Shown here one piece after another: positions 11,306 through 24,019 of a DNA stretch of 60,000 nt. How positions within the stretch are numbered: the first letter of the stretch is position 1; each line of letters starts with the position of its first letter. The stretch is from Laetmonice hystrix (lineage: Eukaryota), in contig OZ249436.1 of assembly GCA_965235115.1 (NCBI GenBank), positions 17,424,001 through 17,484,000 of the forward strand, given 5' to 3'. A program made the position numbers and the translations under genes. Below the pieces are notes generated by a model. That model was not told where the DNA came from and did no database searches. It saw only the letters and a program-made list of their open reading frames with translations.

Positions 11306-12211
11306 GTGGGGTAACTCGCTGCACGCTGTGCCCCACTGGGGGTAACTATAGCTGTGCCCCACTGGGGGTAACTGGCTACACCCCCCTTGGATGCACTGAC
11401 TGTGTGACTCCTGGGTAGTAGTGCCCCCTCTACTGTTGGTTCCTGGCATACAGATAGCTTGAGGTCATGTCCCCCCAAAACAACTTTTTTTGTTAATGTT
11501 GAGGTCGATTGAGTGCACAAGAGATATAAACATTATAATTATCTACGAGATATAGTCGTAACTCTGGTATACAAAGGGTACTATTGAATGCTGGAAGAAT
11601 TTCGCCCTCTGTAGTGAAATTCTAGAATCAGTAGGCTACTATGCGGGTACTTTTTGTGCACATCCTTTTTCTTGATGAGATATTTTGAAGGTTTATCTGT
11701 GTCGAGAGGCAGCTGCCGGTAATTTAGTTTTAAGCAGAGAAACTTGGTCGGGACGTTAAAGTACGTTTACAACCCGCTGGGGTACGTTTCACAACCCGCC
11801 AGGCTACCTTTTACAACCCGCCAGGGTCCGTTTCAAAACCCGTATAGCTTGTTGTATCGTTTACAGCGATGTGTCTAATGGGGATTTTAACACACAACAT
11901 GATAACGGTGGTTATGAAACACCCCACAGGAGATTAACATGTGTAAGACCACTTAGGCCGTAGATAATCGCTGCTCTCACCTGACCGATAATCCTACATC
12001 TTGGGTTAATCCAGGCGGCGGTACCAGGAGCTCAGGATTTCACACCCTGCTGACTTTACATGTTCTCCACGTTAGGGTCATTAGGTGCAGGCGGTTTCTC
12101 CATGGTAGCAGTCTCACGAAAGGCGATAGGGCCAGGTTAGGGACAGGGGTAGGGATGGGGATGATACGTGTTTTTAGGGGCAAGGCAAGAGGTCCAATGT
12201 TACCAATCAAA

Positions 12212-13279
12212 GAGATTCGTAGGTCACAGAGAGGGGTGGTAGCACTCAGTTGTAAGAGATTCGTAGGTCACAGAGAGGAGTGGTAGCCCTCAGTTGTAGG
12301 AGATTCGTAGGTCACAGAGAGGGGTGGTAGCCCTCAGTTGTAGGAGACTCGTGGGTCACAGAGAGGAGTGGTAGCACTCGGTTGTAGGAGATTCGTAGGT
12401 CACAGAGAGGAGTGGTACGTAGCCCTCAGTTGTAGGAGATTCGTAGGTCACAGAGAGGGGTGGTAGCCCTCAGTTGTAGGAGACTCGTAGGTCACAGAGA
12501 GGAGTGGTAGCCCTCAGTTGTAGGAGATTCGTAGGTCACAGAGAGGGGTGGTAGCCCTCAGTTGTAGGAGACTCGTAGGTCACAGAGAGGAGTGGTAGCC
12601 CTCAGTTGTAGGAGATTCGTAGGTCACAGAGAGGGGTGGTAGCCCTCAGTTGTAGGAGACTCGTAGGTCACAGAGAGGAGTGGTAGCCCTCAGTTGTAGG
12701 AGACTCGTAGGTCACAGAGAACTCGAAGGTGGTAGCCCTCAGTTGTAGGAGACTCGTAGGTCACAGAGAGGAGTGGTAGCCCTCAGTTGTAGGAGACTCG
12801 TAGGTCACAGAGAACTCGTAGGTCACAGAGACGGGTGGTAGCACTCAGTTGTAGGAGATTCGTAGGTCACAGAGAGGAGTGGTAGCCCTCAGTTGTAGGA
12901 GACTCGTAGGTCACAGAGAGGAGTGGTAGCCCTCAGTTGTAGGAGATTCGTAGGTCACAGAGAGGAGTGGTAGCACTCAGTTGTAGGAGACTCGTAGGTC
13001 ACAGAGAGGGGTGGTAGCACTCAGTTGTAGGAGATTTGTAGGTCACAGAGAGGGATGGTAGCACTCAGTTGTAGGAGATTCGTAGTTCACAAAGAACTCG
13101 TAGGTCACAGAGAGGGATGGTAGCCCTCAGTTGTAGGAGATTCGTAGGTCACAGAGAGGGGTGGTAGCACTCGGTTGTAGGAGATTCGTAGTTCACAGAG
13201 AACTCGTAGGTCACAGAGAGGGATGGTAGCCCTCAGTTGTAGGAGATTCGTAGGTCACAGAGAGGGATGGTAGCACTCA
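12212..13279. repeat. Minisatellite, 44-bp unit, ~24 copies
   Basis: GAGATTCGTAGGTCACAGAGAGGAGTGGTAGCCCTCAGTTGTAG at 12212, 12256... Confidence 0.97.
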
Positions 13280-13459
13280 TTTATAGGATATGGCGTTGTC
13301 GGTCATTGATTGTGACTGGGACTCATAACGGTCCTTAACTTCCGTCGTCACGGAATATTTGCTATATACAAATACACATTTACTCCGTTTGCTGTTTTGT
13401 GAAATCTTCAGAATATAAGGAAGCGAAGTTGACAATTTGTTTGAATTTGTCTCTTGCAG

Positions 13460-13510
13460 TCGTCTAGAAGTCAGCCCGCCATTGGCCTCAAACAAACGAC
13501 AAAAGCTCGG
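13460..13510 (+). CDS. Small internal exon, 51 nt (SSRSQPAIGLKQTTKAR in phase 0; alternatively RLEVSPPLASNKRQKL in phase 2)
   Basis: Acceptor tttgtctcttgcAG, donor CGG|GTGAGT, length a multiple of 3. Confidence 0.55.
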
Positions 13511-14502
13511 GTGAGTGGCGTAGAAACTTTTCTACATAATGTTTACGGTGGAGACGATGGTCTTTCAGTCAGTCGATGTTACATGATGCCGACTACGAGC
13601 ACATATTATTCATTACAAATCTTTTATATCGATTATTGACAAGTCTTTCAAGTGTTGGAAAATGTAACACAAACAGCCCGTGAGGGTAATGTTTTGTTTT
13701 AGACGTTGCTTTTCACTGTTGTTATATCTACGGGTGTGTCGATGTGGACCAGTCTTTGCTGACCTAGTGTGAATATCTCTGAGCGGCGCCCCACGCCCCC
13801 ACGCCCCCATGCCCCCCCCCCATTAGTTCTGCATACTCCCTTCTGACAGAACTGTCACAATCACTGATAGATTTTTAACTTGATTTTTAAATTGTTCCCG
13901 CAGTACAGCTTAACGCATATTTTACACATTGATCACCATTTTCTTGAACCCCCCCCCCCACTCGAGCCTTTAGCAGTCGTATCGGGAGATGTGTACCCTA
14001 CCTTTCCAAAATTTCTAGATGTGTTCCCTGATTTGTTCATAGTTTCAGTGCTATCACATGACCATCAAGAACCCCTTCTATGACATTCTGGTGAATTCGG
14101 TGTTTGTAGAAACTTTATCCGTAACAGGCAGTATATCCTATGTTGGTCTAGTGACGGCTGTTTATAATGGCAGGATTCCGTCAGTATTGTACTATTCTCT
14201 AGAAACGTGGCCTTCTATACTCTGGCAGACGGAGGTGTGCTATAAAACCATGGTTCACTTAATAGTTGATATTCCACCCACTCATTCAAGTCAGGTTTCC
14301 TGTGGTTAATGGGAACTTGACGTCAGCATCATTATACTATAGACTTTAGTTAAAAGGATACAAAGGTATAAAATAACATGTAAATATACGTGGGTACCAA
14401 CAGGTAAAGAGCGTTTAGAATGAATTCTTAGAAGTTCTACCCCTCCCCCCAGCTGTACGGGAAACACGTGAAGAAGTGAGCTCAAGGGCCAAGTGGAAAC
14501 GG

Positions 14503-16575
14503 TTTTTAGCCCCCACAACGGGGGGCTTATAATTCGACCTCCGTCCGTCCGTCCGTCCGTCCGTCCGTGCGTCCGTCCGTCCGTCCGTCCCTCCGTATGT
14601 CCGTAGACAGCGATTTCTCAGAAGTGTATGGGTCGATTTCTTTGAAACTTCACACAAGGATCAGGGATGAACTGCGGATGATGCACGTCCAACAGATTTT
14701 TGATATCATTCAAAATGGCCGCTTGGCGGCCATCTTGAGTGTAAACACATTTTGAGCAATAACTCAGCCAAAACAATCACGATTTCTTTCAAACATGGTG
14801 CAGGGATGAGGCATAATGAGGGCCAATATGCATCACAATAAAATTTCAATTCAGATCCAAAATGGCGAGATGGCGGCCATATTTGTTTCTTGACCCCCAC
14901 AATGACACTGTTTTGGCTTATATCTCCAAAACGGTGCAAGATAAGGCAATAGTTCCTATTATTGATAGATAGGAAGTCATATATGACGTTTCATTTGGCG
15001 CCATTTTCGATGACCTTGAGCGACCTTGAAAGGTCAATCAAGGTCATGCATATTTGCAATAGCCTGGATCTTCAAAACAGTTAAAGATAACGACATAATC
15101 TTGCATGAAACATTACATAATGATCCGGGAAAGTCCACGGATGAGGCAGGTCAAAGATATTTTTGACATCAGTCAAAATGGCCGCGTGGTGGCCATCTTG
15201 GATGTAAACACATTTGGAGTAATAACTCACACAAAACGATCCCGATTTCTTTCAAATTTGGTGGAAAGAAGGTGTATATGAGGGGCAATGTATATGCCAA
15301 TGTATTGCCAGATCAGAGCAAATATGGCGACATGGCGGCCATATTAATATTTTTACCTCCCCCCTATAACACTGCTTTGGCTCATATCTCCAAAACGGTG
15401 CAAGATAAGGCAATAGTTATTATTATTGACAGATAGGAAGTCATATAATTATGACGTTTCATTTGGCGCCATTTTCGATGACCTTGAGCGACCTTGAAAG
15501 GTCAATCAAGGTCATGCATATTTGCAATAGCCTGGATCTTCAAAACAGTTAGAGATAACGACATAATCTTGCATGAAACATTACATAATGATCCGGGACA
15601 GTCCACGGATGAGGCAGGTCAAAGATATTTTTGACATCAGTCAAAATGGCCGCGTGGTGGCCATCTTGGATGTAAACACATTTGGAACAATAACTCAGAC
15701 AAAACGATCCCGATTTCTTTCAAATTTGGTGGAAAGAAGGTGTATATGAGGGGCAATGTATATGCCAATGTATTTCTAGATCAGAGGAAATATGGCGACA
15801 TGGCGGCCATATTAATATTTTACTCCCCCCCATAACACTGCTTTGACTCATATCTCGAAAACGGTGCAAGATAAGGCAACAGTTATTATTATTGATAGAT
15901 AGGAAGTCATATATGAAGTTTCATTTGGCGTCATTTTCCATGACCTTGAGCGACCTTGAAAGGTCAATCAAGGTCATGCATATTTTAATGGGCTGTACCT
16001 CCAAACCAGTTGAAAATAACAACATCTAATCTTGCATGAAACATTGCATAATAACCAGGGACAGTCTAAGGAGGACACAGGTCAAATATATCATTAAAAA
16101 TGGCTGCTTGGTGGCCATCATGGATTTAAAGAAATTCGAAGCAATAACATTTTCTGGATTTCATTCTTGCTGACAGAAGGCATGAGGGGCAACAAGCGTG
16201 CCAAAAGTATGCATAGTTCCTTGACCCACAGATAATTTGTCCCTATACTCAGTTGGTTCACGCCAGACAACGCTATTAAACTGTACATAACTGACCTCTA
16301 AAGGTCAATCGAGGTCAAGCATGTCTACAACACTTCATGTCGGATAACACTATCAAACTGTACATAACTGCATAGTTATTGCAGACACATGCATCTTTAC
16401 GCCGGATAACGCCATCAAGCTGTACATATAACTGCATAGAACTTTACTAAGTTTACAAAGTTTCATTTGACAATATTTCCTTTGCCCTTCAAAGATCAAT
16501 TGAAGTCGTGCATCGTTTTTTCAAGAATCCATAGTTCGTGGTGGGGGCTATAAGCTTCACAAGCTTGTCTTTTTT
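14503..16575 (+). mobile_element. Non-autonomous Helentron-associated element (HINE / DINE-1 / pearl-like) with ~465-bp internal tandem core repeats
   Basis: T-run, subTIR TAGCCCCCAC (14507-14516) with adjacent inverted copy GGGGGCT, (CGTC)n microsatellite 14540-14600, core repeats (TATCTCCAAAACGGTGCAAGATAAGGCAA at ~14921, ~15386, ~15851), 3' subTIR GTGGGGGCTA (16541-16550), hairpin AAGCTT-CAC-AAGCTT, T-run. Confidence 0.85.
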
Positions 16576-16829
16576 AAATGGTTGCTTATGAAGTTTGTCC
16601 AATATTGACTATGAATTTAGTTTCCTGAGGACATGTAGTGGTTGAGTCACACCGCAGTAAACCGATTTAGTGAAAGCTAAAACATCCACTGGAAGTGGCG
16701 AGTTGGTCTGATTGTTTGTCGGAGTCTCCGCGTGACTGAACGTGTTTCCCGGTGAAGGTAGGAATCGTGGCAGACTTTGTGAGATCATCGGGTCGTGATC
16801 AGCTTGTAGTCACCAGTCCTCGGTGTGAT

Positions 16830-17390
16830 CCTACTGGGTCCGCGACCTCCTGGGTCCCTGGTCTCCTGGGTCCCTGGCCTTCTGGGTCCGCGACCTCCTG
16901 GGTCCCTGGTCTCCTGGGTCCCTGGCCTCCTGGGTCCGCGACCTCCTGGGTCCCTGGTCTCCTGGGTCCCTGGCCTTCTGGGTCCGTGACGACCTCCTGG
17001 ATCCCTGGCCTCCTGGGTCCCTGGTCTCCTGGGTCCCTGGCCTCCTGGGTCCGCGACCTCCTGGGTCCCTGGTCTCATGGGTCTCTGGCCTCCTGGGTCT
17101 GTGACGACCTCCTGGGTCCGTGACGACCTCCTGGGTCCGCGACCTCCTGGGCCTGCGACCTCCTGGGTCCGCGACCTCCTGGGTCCGCGATCTCCTGGGT
17201 CCGTGACCTCCTGGGTCCGTGACGATCTCCTGGGTCCGTGACGACCTCCTGGGTTCGCCACCTCCTGGGTTCGCGACCTCCTGGGTTCGCGATCTCCTGG
17301 GTCCGTGATCTCATGGGTCCGTGGTCTCATGGGTCCGTTATCTCCTGCGTTCGTGACGACCTCCTGGGTCCGCAGCCTCCTGGGTTCGGT
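16830..17390. repeat. Degenerate minisatellite of 17-20-bp CCTCCTGGGTCC units, 51-bp higher-order period at the left end
   Basis: Repeated GACCTCCTGGGTCC(G/C). Confidence 0.93.
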
Positions 17391-18019
17391 ATGTGGATTA
17401 ATGGCCTTGGATTATCCCAGCCGTTTAGCTCTTGATCCGTAAGGGTGGAATACACCTCCTGTGGGTCTGACTTAGGCTGGGGGTGGGGGTGGTGGATGTT
17501 ACCCTCAAACGCTGCCGCCCGGGGGGGGGGGGCACGTGCGCCCACGTGCATGAAGCATGCAGAGTCAGGAAGGAAAACGTGGGTGCAAACTTGGCAGGGC
17601 GTACACCAACTGGATGGAGTCAGCTCCACCCTGGAGGAGTGATCGAGTCAGGATGAAACCTGGCCAGTGACTCATGCCTCCAGCACCTATAGCCTGCCTG
17701 GAGTGTAGGGATACAGGCCTTCCTCCCAGTAACACCAGGAGGAGCAGACTGTGTCCAGAGATCTGGTTCTGTCCCTCCAGACCGTCACTATGCTTTGTAA
17801 CACTGGTATATAACTCACTGTGCCAGGAGTATCGTGTGAGGAGGCAGTTATAACCCACGCCACCGGGAGTATTGTATAAAGACCTGCCTGCTGTATAATA
17901 CTTTCACCGTATCGGAAGAAAAATTCTTACCTTGAATGGACCAAGGCAGTCTCGAAAACATTTCAGCATGGAGTAGTGACTCCCTAGAGACTCGGTGAAA
18001 CCGTTCGGTATGGAGTACC

Positions 18020-18745
18020 GACATCAGACCTGAGTAAGTACCCGTCCTGACTCCGTGCCGGCCTCAGACCTGAGTACCCATCCTGACTCCGTACCGACCT
18101 CAGCCTGAGTAAGTATACCCGTCCTGGCTCCGTGCCGACCTCAGACCTGAGTAAGTACCCGCCTGGACTCCGTGCCGGCCTCAGACCTGAGTAAGTACCC
18201 GTCCAGGCTCCGTACCGACCTCAGACCTGAGTAAGTACCCGTCCTGGCTCCGTACCGACCTCAGACCTGAGTAAGTACCCGTCCTGACTCCATGCCGACC
18301 TCAGACCTGAGTAAGTACCTGTCCTGACTCCATGCCGACCTCAGACCTGAGTAAGTACCTGTCCTGACCCTGTGCCGACCTCAGACCTGAGTAAGTACCT
18401 GTCCTGACTCCGTGCTGACCTCAGACCTGAGTACCCGTCCTGACTCCGTACCGACCTCAGACCTGAGTACCCGTCCTGACTCCGTACCGACCTCAGACCT
18501 GAGTAAGTACCCGTCCTGAGTCCGTACCGACCTCAGACCTGAGTAAGTACCTGTCCTGACTCCGTATCGACCTCAGACCTGAGTAAGTACCCGTCCTGGC
18601 TCCGTGCCGACCTCAGACCTGAGTACCCGTCGGTCCTGGCTCCGTACCGACCTCAGACCTGACTCCGTACCGACCTCAGACCTGAGTAAGTACCCGTTCT
18701 GACTCCGTACCGACCTCAGACCTGAGTTAGTATACCCGTCCTGGC
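18020..18745. repeat. Minisatellite, 40-bp unit, ~18 copies
   Basis: CCGACCTCAGACCTGAGTAAGTACCCGTCCTGACTCCGTA; period 40 seen at 18181/18221. Confidence 0.96.
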
Positions 18746-19015
18746 TCCCTGAATACCATCCCTGCAGACTCGGGCAAACTGTTTGGTATGGAGTATACCA
18801 ACCACAGTCCTGACCTCCTCCGAGTTGCCCCAACACCTACAACAAACCAGGAATCACCTCCCAAACTTGGGGCTAATGTTTGACATGCACCATTTGGGGA
18901 TTCCGATTCTGCTTCCTTTTAGAAATGATCCTACATAAATAGTTTAGGTAGACGATATTACGGTTCAAAGGAGGTTGGTGACAGCAGAAGTGCAGAGGAT
19001 GGGGGACGGATGTAT

Positions 19016-19103
19016 GTCTTCATGGTAACCAGTTCCCATGGTGACGGCGAGATGTTACCTTGGTAACCCGTCGCCTTGGTTACGTACATGTCTTCTTGGT
19101 GAT
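19016..19103. promoter_or_regulatory. Cluster of 4-5 RFX X-box motifs
   Basis: GTCTTCATGGTAAC (19016), GTTCCCATGGTGAC (19032), GTTACCTTGGTAAC (19054), GTCGCCTTGGTTAC (19070), weaker GTCTTCTTGGTGAT (19090). Confidence 0.65.
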
Positions 19104-20098
19104 GGAGTTGGGATCTTTTGGTATGGGAAACCGCCTTGCAATGGGAGAGCTGACGCCCTAAACAACTACGAGCCTCGAACCTGGTCAACAGTGTGTGTGG
19201 TGGCACACAGACGTCCATGGGCCTCGTTAGAAACCATTTCATGCTACAGTTTCCTGGCACCATTTCATGGGGTCGAGCCCTTTTTTGTGAGGGCAAGCGG
19301 AAATTCAAAAATGGGCAACAGAACTCTTTGGGCCCAGTATGCACCGAATGAACCCTGACCGTACTGAATGACCCGAATATGCACTACCCGACCCCAATCC
19401 TAGCATTAGTCCCGACAGTGACCGATCCTAGGGGCTGCACACAACGCCTAGAATTCTACAAGCCGCGGGAGTTCTGTGTTTTCAGACAAATTCTGAGCGA
19501 TGATAATCTCATGCTCATAATATTGATGTTCTGTGTTATAATTATGGGCAAGGTAACTGCCGTCTCAGGGTCCCAGGCACCCCATCTCCGCACCCCCACC
19601 CCTCCCACCCCTCCACACACCAAACACCACAAACCGCCACCAACAATGAATATATGTTAATGAGTGCGGCCAGCGACACGCTGGAGCCTGATCCAGTACA
19701 TGCAGCGATCGGTGCGTCTGTGTGTACATCCTGCTCCAGGGCAGGAGAACTGAGCTGCTGGAGCCTCCTCCAGTACGTGGACCGTCTGTCCGGTATAACA
19801 CTGTACATGTTGGAGGGTGAACATTCACGGTACACGGACGTGTTCCGCTCAGACATGGTTCAGACGTCGTCCATATCGAACTTCTTGCATCAGGACCACC
19901 TCATCTCACGGGTTGCCTAGCAGCGGCGGCAGCAGCAGCAGCAGCAGCATGTCGCATTACGTACCCTACCCCAACCCCCACCCACCGCCACCACCACCGC
20001 CAGGCGGCGCCACCGCCGCAGTATTGAGCGTCCATCACGGACGCTGATATTATTACGGAGCTCCATTGTAACACGTGCCATCGTTTGTCTTCTTACAG

Positions 20099-20152
20099 CC
20101 CACCATCTTCGGAACCCTCGCCAAGGACAAACCCACCGTGGACAACAGGCGG
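20099..20152 (+). CDS. Small internal exon, 54 nt (PTIFGTLAKDKPTVDNRR in phase 0)
   Basis: Acceptor tcgtttgtcttcttacAG, donor CGG|GTAAGT, length a multiple of 3, 16 of 18 codons end in G/C in this frame. Confidence 0.65.
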
Positions 20153-20524
20153 GTAAGTAGGCGCAGTTCTCTACCTACCAATTAATACCAGCAATATTTG
20201 GGGCAAGGTGTAGGCGGGGTGGGTGTGGGGGCGATTAAATTATGAAGATGGATCCACAGAGGATGCCCGCCATCGGGATGTCCTAGCTCTGCTGATGTTC
20301 TGGACGACCTGCTTCCACCACTGTAACGATGGGACAGATACTCCACGGTAGCTTACCCACGAGATTATTGAGGAGCGGGATTTGGGATTTGGATTTGATT
20401 GGGATTTGATTGGGATTTGATTGGGACTATGAATAGTGATGGATTGTTAGTTGCTACCAATATTCGTATAGATGTTGTCGTGTTGGTCTACCGGGAATGG
20501 GATTGGTGTCCCAGAAAATCTGAT

Positions 20525-21443
20525 ACCGTACGGAGTGCGACCTTCAGACAGTGACAGTACGGAGTGCTACCTTCAGACAGTGACAGTACGGAGTGCTACC
20601 TTCAGACAGTGACAGTACGGAGTGCTACCTTCAGACAGTGACAGTACGGAGTGCTACCTTCAGACAGTGACAGTACGGAGTGCTACCTTCAGACAGTGAC
20701 AGTACGGAGTGCTACCTTCAGACAGTCAGTACGGAGTGCTACCTTCAGACAGTGACAGTACGGAGTGCTACCTTCAGACAGTCAGTACGGAGTGCTACCT
20801 TCAGACAGTGACAGTACGGAGTGCTACCGTCAGACAGTGACAGTACGGAGTGCTACCTTCAGACAGTGACAGTACGGAGTGCTACCTTCAGACAGTCAGT
20901 ACGGAGTGCTACCTTCAGACAGTCAGTACGGAGTGCTACCTTCAGACAGTCAGTACGGAGTGCTACCTTCAGACAGTGACAGTACGGAGTGCTACCGTCA
21001 GACAGTGACAGTACGGAGTGCTACCTTCAGACAGTGACAGTACGGAGTGCTACCTTCAGACAGTCAGTACGGAGTGCTACCTTCAGACAGTGACAGTACG
21101 GAGTGCTACCTTCAGACAGTCAGTACGGAGTGCTACCTTCAGACAGTGACAGTACGGAGTGCTACCGTCAGACAGTGACAGTACGGAGTGCTACCTTCAG
21201 ACAGTGACAGTACGGAGTGCTACCTTCAGACAGTGACAGTACGGAGTGCTACCTTCAGACAGTGACAGTACGGAGTGCTACCTTCAGACAGTGACAGTAC
21301 GGAGTGCTACCTTCAGACAGTGACAGTACGGAGTGCTACCTTCAGACAGTGACAGTACGGAGTGCTACCTTCAGACCGTCACAGTACGGAGTGCTACCTT
21401 CAGACAGTCACAGTACGGAGTGCTACCTTCAGACAGTCACAGC
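20525..21443. repeat. Minisatellite, 29-bp unit (27-bp variant), ~32 copies
   Basis: GACAGTACGGAGTGCTACCTTCAGACAGT, nearly homogeneous. Confidence 0.97.
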
Positions 21444-21873
21444 ACGTCACACCATGGATCTGATCCAAGTACACAACTGAACAACACCAAGTTAAAACCA
21501 TATACATTGCAAATTTCTTGTTTTAAATGACTCTCTGTGTGGTAGATTACGGCACTGCCCCGGGCATACAACACTCTATAACCATGGTAACCGAACTGAA
21601 ACCATGGTAACCGGATTAAAACCAGTGGGGCTGGGTATCACTATCCTGAACGATGGTTGAGAGAGATCGAAGTGGGAGGTGGGTGGTTCGAACAGTATGC
21701 TGTGGGAGGATGGTTGTATGGTACGGGTCCTGGAAGTTTGAAAGCTGGCAAGGGAGAGGAATTCTACTGAAACCCATCCCTGGATGTGTGGAATACCGGT
21801 AATCTGTAGCCAAGGACCTTTTCTCAACTCCAGGTTAGAACCATCGCGTACGAGAGAACAACTCGCCCGAATA

Positions 21874-22101
21874 ATTACTTCCGCTAACGAAGTTGGAAGG
21901 AGGTTATGTTTTCAGCCCGGTCTGTCTGTCTGTTTGTCTGTCAGGTATGATTGGTCTCGTGCCAGCGAATAATCAATTCGATTTTGGGGAAGATCCGCAT
22001 GTTTTCGTAGATTCAGGATCATTTGCCATTTCGTCACCATTGCGAGATAGGTCAGAATGGAGGACTGCTCTGCTTGGCGAAGGTATGCGCTCTGAAGGCA
22101 T
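21874..22101 (+). mobile_element. Short degenerate HINE-like element
   Basis: TACTTCCGCTAA...GGAGGTTATGTTTT, then (GTCT)n microsatellite; 3' TTGGCGAAGGTA (9/12 inverted match) and short hairpin ATGC...GCAT. Same architecture as 14503-16575, different sequence family. Confidence 0.6.
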
Positions 22102-22195
22102 CAGCCTCTGGGTAACATTGTGTGGTTGGATCGAAACATGATTCTATCCTTGATTGGTTCATTCGAGCCGAGTAGAGAAACTCATGGTACTCGTG

Positions 22196-23070
22196 TCCTT
22201 CATGCCCAATGCAAATTTGATGGGGCCATGTTGCTATCATTATGTCACCATTGCCGTCCTCCATGCCCAATGTAAGTTTGGTGGGGTCACGTTGCTACCA
22301 TTATGTCACCATTGCCGTCCTCCATGCCCAATGTAAGTTTGATGGGGTCATGTTGCTATCATGATGTCACCATTGCCGTCCTCCATGCCCAATGTAAGTT
22401 TGGTGGGGTCATGTTGCTATCATGATGTCACCATTGCCGTCCTCCATGCCCAATGTAAGTTTGGTGGGGTCATGTTGCTATCATGATGTCACCATTGCCG
22501 TCCTCCATGCCCAATGTAAGTTTGGTGGGGTCATGTTGCTACCATTATGTCACCATTGCCGTCCTCCATGCCCAATGTAAGTTTGGTGGGGTCATGTTGC
22601 TATCATGATGTCACCATTGCCGTCCTCCTTGCCCAATGTAAGTTTGGTGGGGTCATGTTGCTATCATGATGTCACCATTGCCGTCCTCCATGCCCAATGT
22701 AAGTTTGGTGGGGTCATGTTGCTACCATTATGTCACCATTGCCGTCCTCCATGCCCAATGTAAGTTTGGTGGGGTCATGTTGCTATCATGATGTCACCAT
22801 TGCCGTCCTCCATGCCCAATGTAAGTTTGGTGGGGTCATGTTGCTACCATTATGTCACCATTGCCGTCCTCCATGCCCAATGTAAGTTTGGTGGGGTCAT
22901 GTTGCTATCATGATGTCACCATTGCCGTCCTCCATGCCCAATGTAAGTGTGGCGGGGCCATGTTGCTACCATTATGTCACCATTGCCGTCCTCCATGTCC
23001 AATGTAAGTGTGGCGGGGCCATGTTGCTACCATTATGTCACCATTGTTGTCTTCCGTGCCCAATGTAAGC
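22196..23070. repeat. Minisatellite, 61-bp unit, ~14 copies
   Basis: CCATGCCCAATGTAAGTTTGGTGGGGTCATGTTGCTATCATGATGTCACCATTGCCGTCCT at 22261, 22322... Confidence 0.97.
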
Positions 23071-24019
23071 CAGTGTTCGTTGAGGCCATGCTGCGGTCAT
23101 TATAGAAAACATGAGAATTTACAGAAACGATTTCGGATGAATTAAGTTCCGAGCTGGTCCAAATCTGGCACGACTCGACCCATATGGCACCACAGTCGGC
23201 GAGTAATTGAGGGTAATCTCAGAGTAATCTCAGAGTAATCCCTGTAATCTGGGCAGTATTCCGGTGACGTACCCGGTATATGTCCTGTATCCCGCCATCC
23301 CTAGCACCTGTCCGTCCATGTACGCTAACTGCTGTGTGTTGTGAACGGAGATTTTAACGAACGAAGTTTAATGGTAATCCGTAAAGATGGCTATTCATCT
23401 GGCTGGAGTAGAGGGTGATTAAATAGAGCAACATCGGAATAGAATTGATATTTGGTGATCTAAAACAGGGAAATCACCACCAAACACGTCGAGTGGTTGT
23501 TAGCGAATCGGTATGGATGTACGGAGCGCTCCCTGGTGGAGAGGTCATTCAGTATTTCAAGGTCACAGGACACAGAGGTCAAATGTCAGCACCAAGTATT
23601 CCTGGAAGCGACGCTCTGATTGGCTAGGAGTGAGGTGAGCCACCCTCCCAGCCGATCTGGTCTCTGTTACTTGTGGCGGGGCGGAGGTCAGGGCGGACAC
23701 ACCTCTCTCTGCTGGGAGAGTGGTGACTCACTGTGAAAGGGAACTCATGTCGCGGGCCCCGGGAGATCGATCTGTGTCACCTGGGGGTCAGGGGGGTCAC
23801 GGGGTCAGGGAATGTGTCATGACATTGTGTATGTGGGTCAGGAGGGTGGGAGGGGGCACCGATCCTTGCCCGCGTGGATCTGGACATGCGAGGAGGGGGC
23901 GGGATGGGGTGGGAGTGTGGGGTTGTTAACATCACCTCAGACCTGATTGACAGCGGCTGCACACATGTACCTCTGATTGAACACTGATTAGTTTGGTGTC
24001 AGCAAAGTAGGGGCGGCCG

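Noticed and set aside
19654..20047. Coding region with WSLIQY/WSLLQY-like motifs and a CAG/CCA-rich tract
   Set aside because: The two motifs are in different frames, ORFs are short with no splice signals, and no family is recognisable.
20525..21443. CRISPR array (29-bp repeats; likewise the 36-bp array at 38800 and the palindromic 47/53-bp arrays)
   Set aside because: Units are head-to-tail with no unique spacers, no cas genes are present, and the context is eukaryotic.
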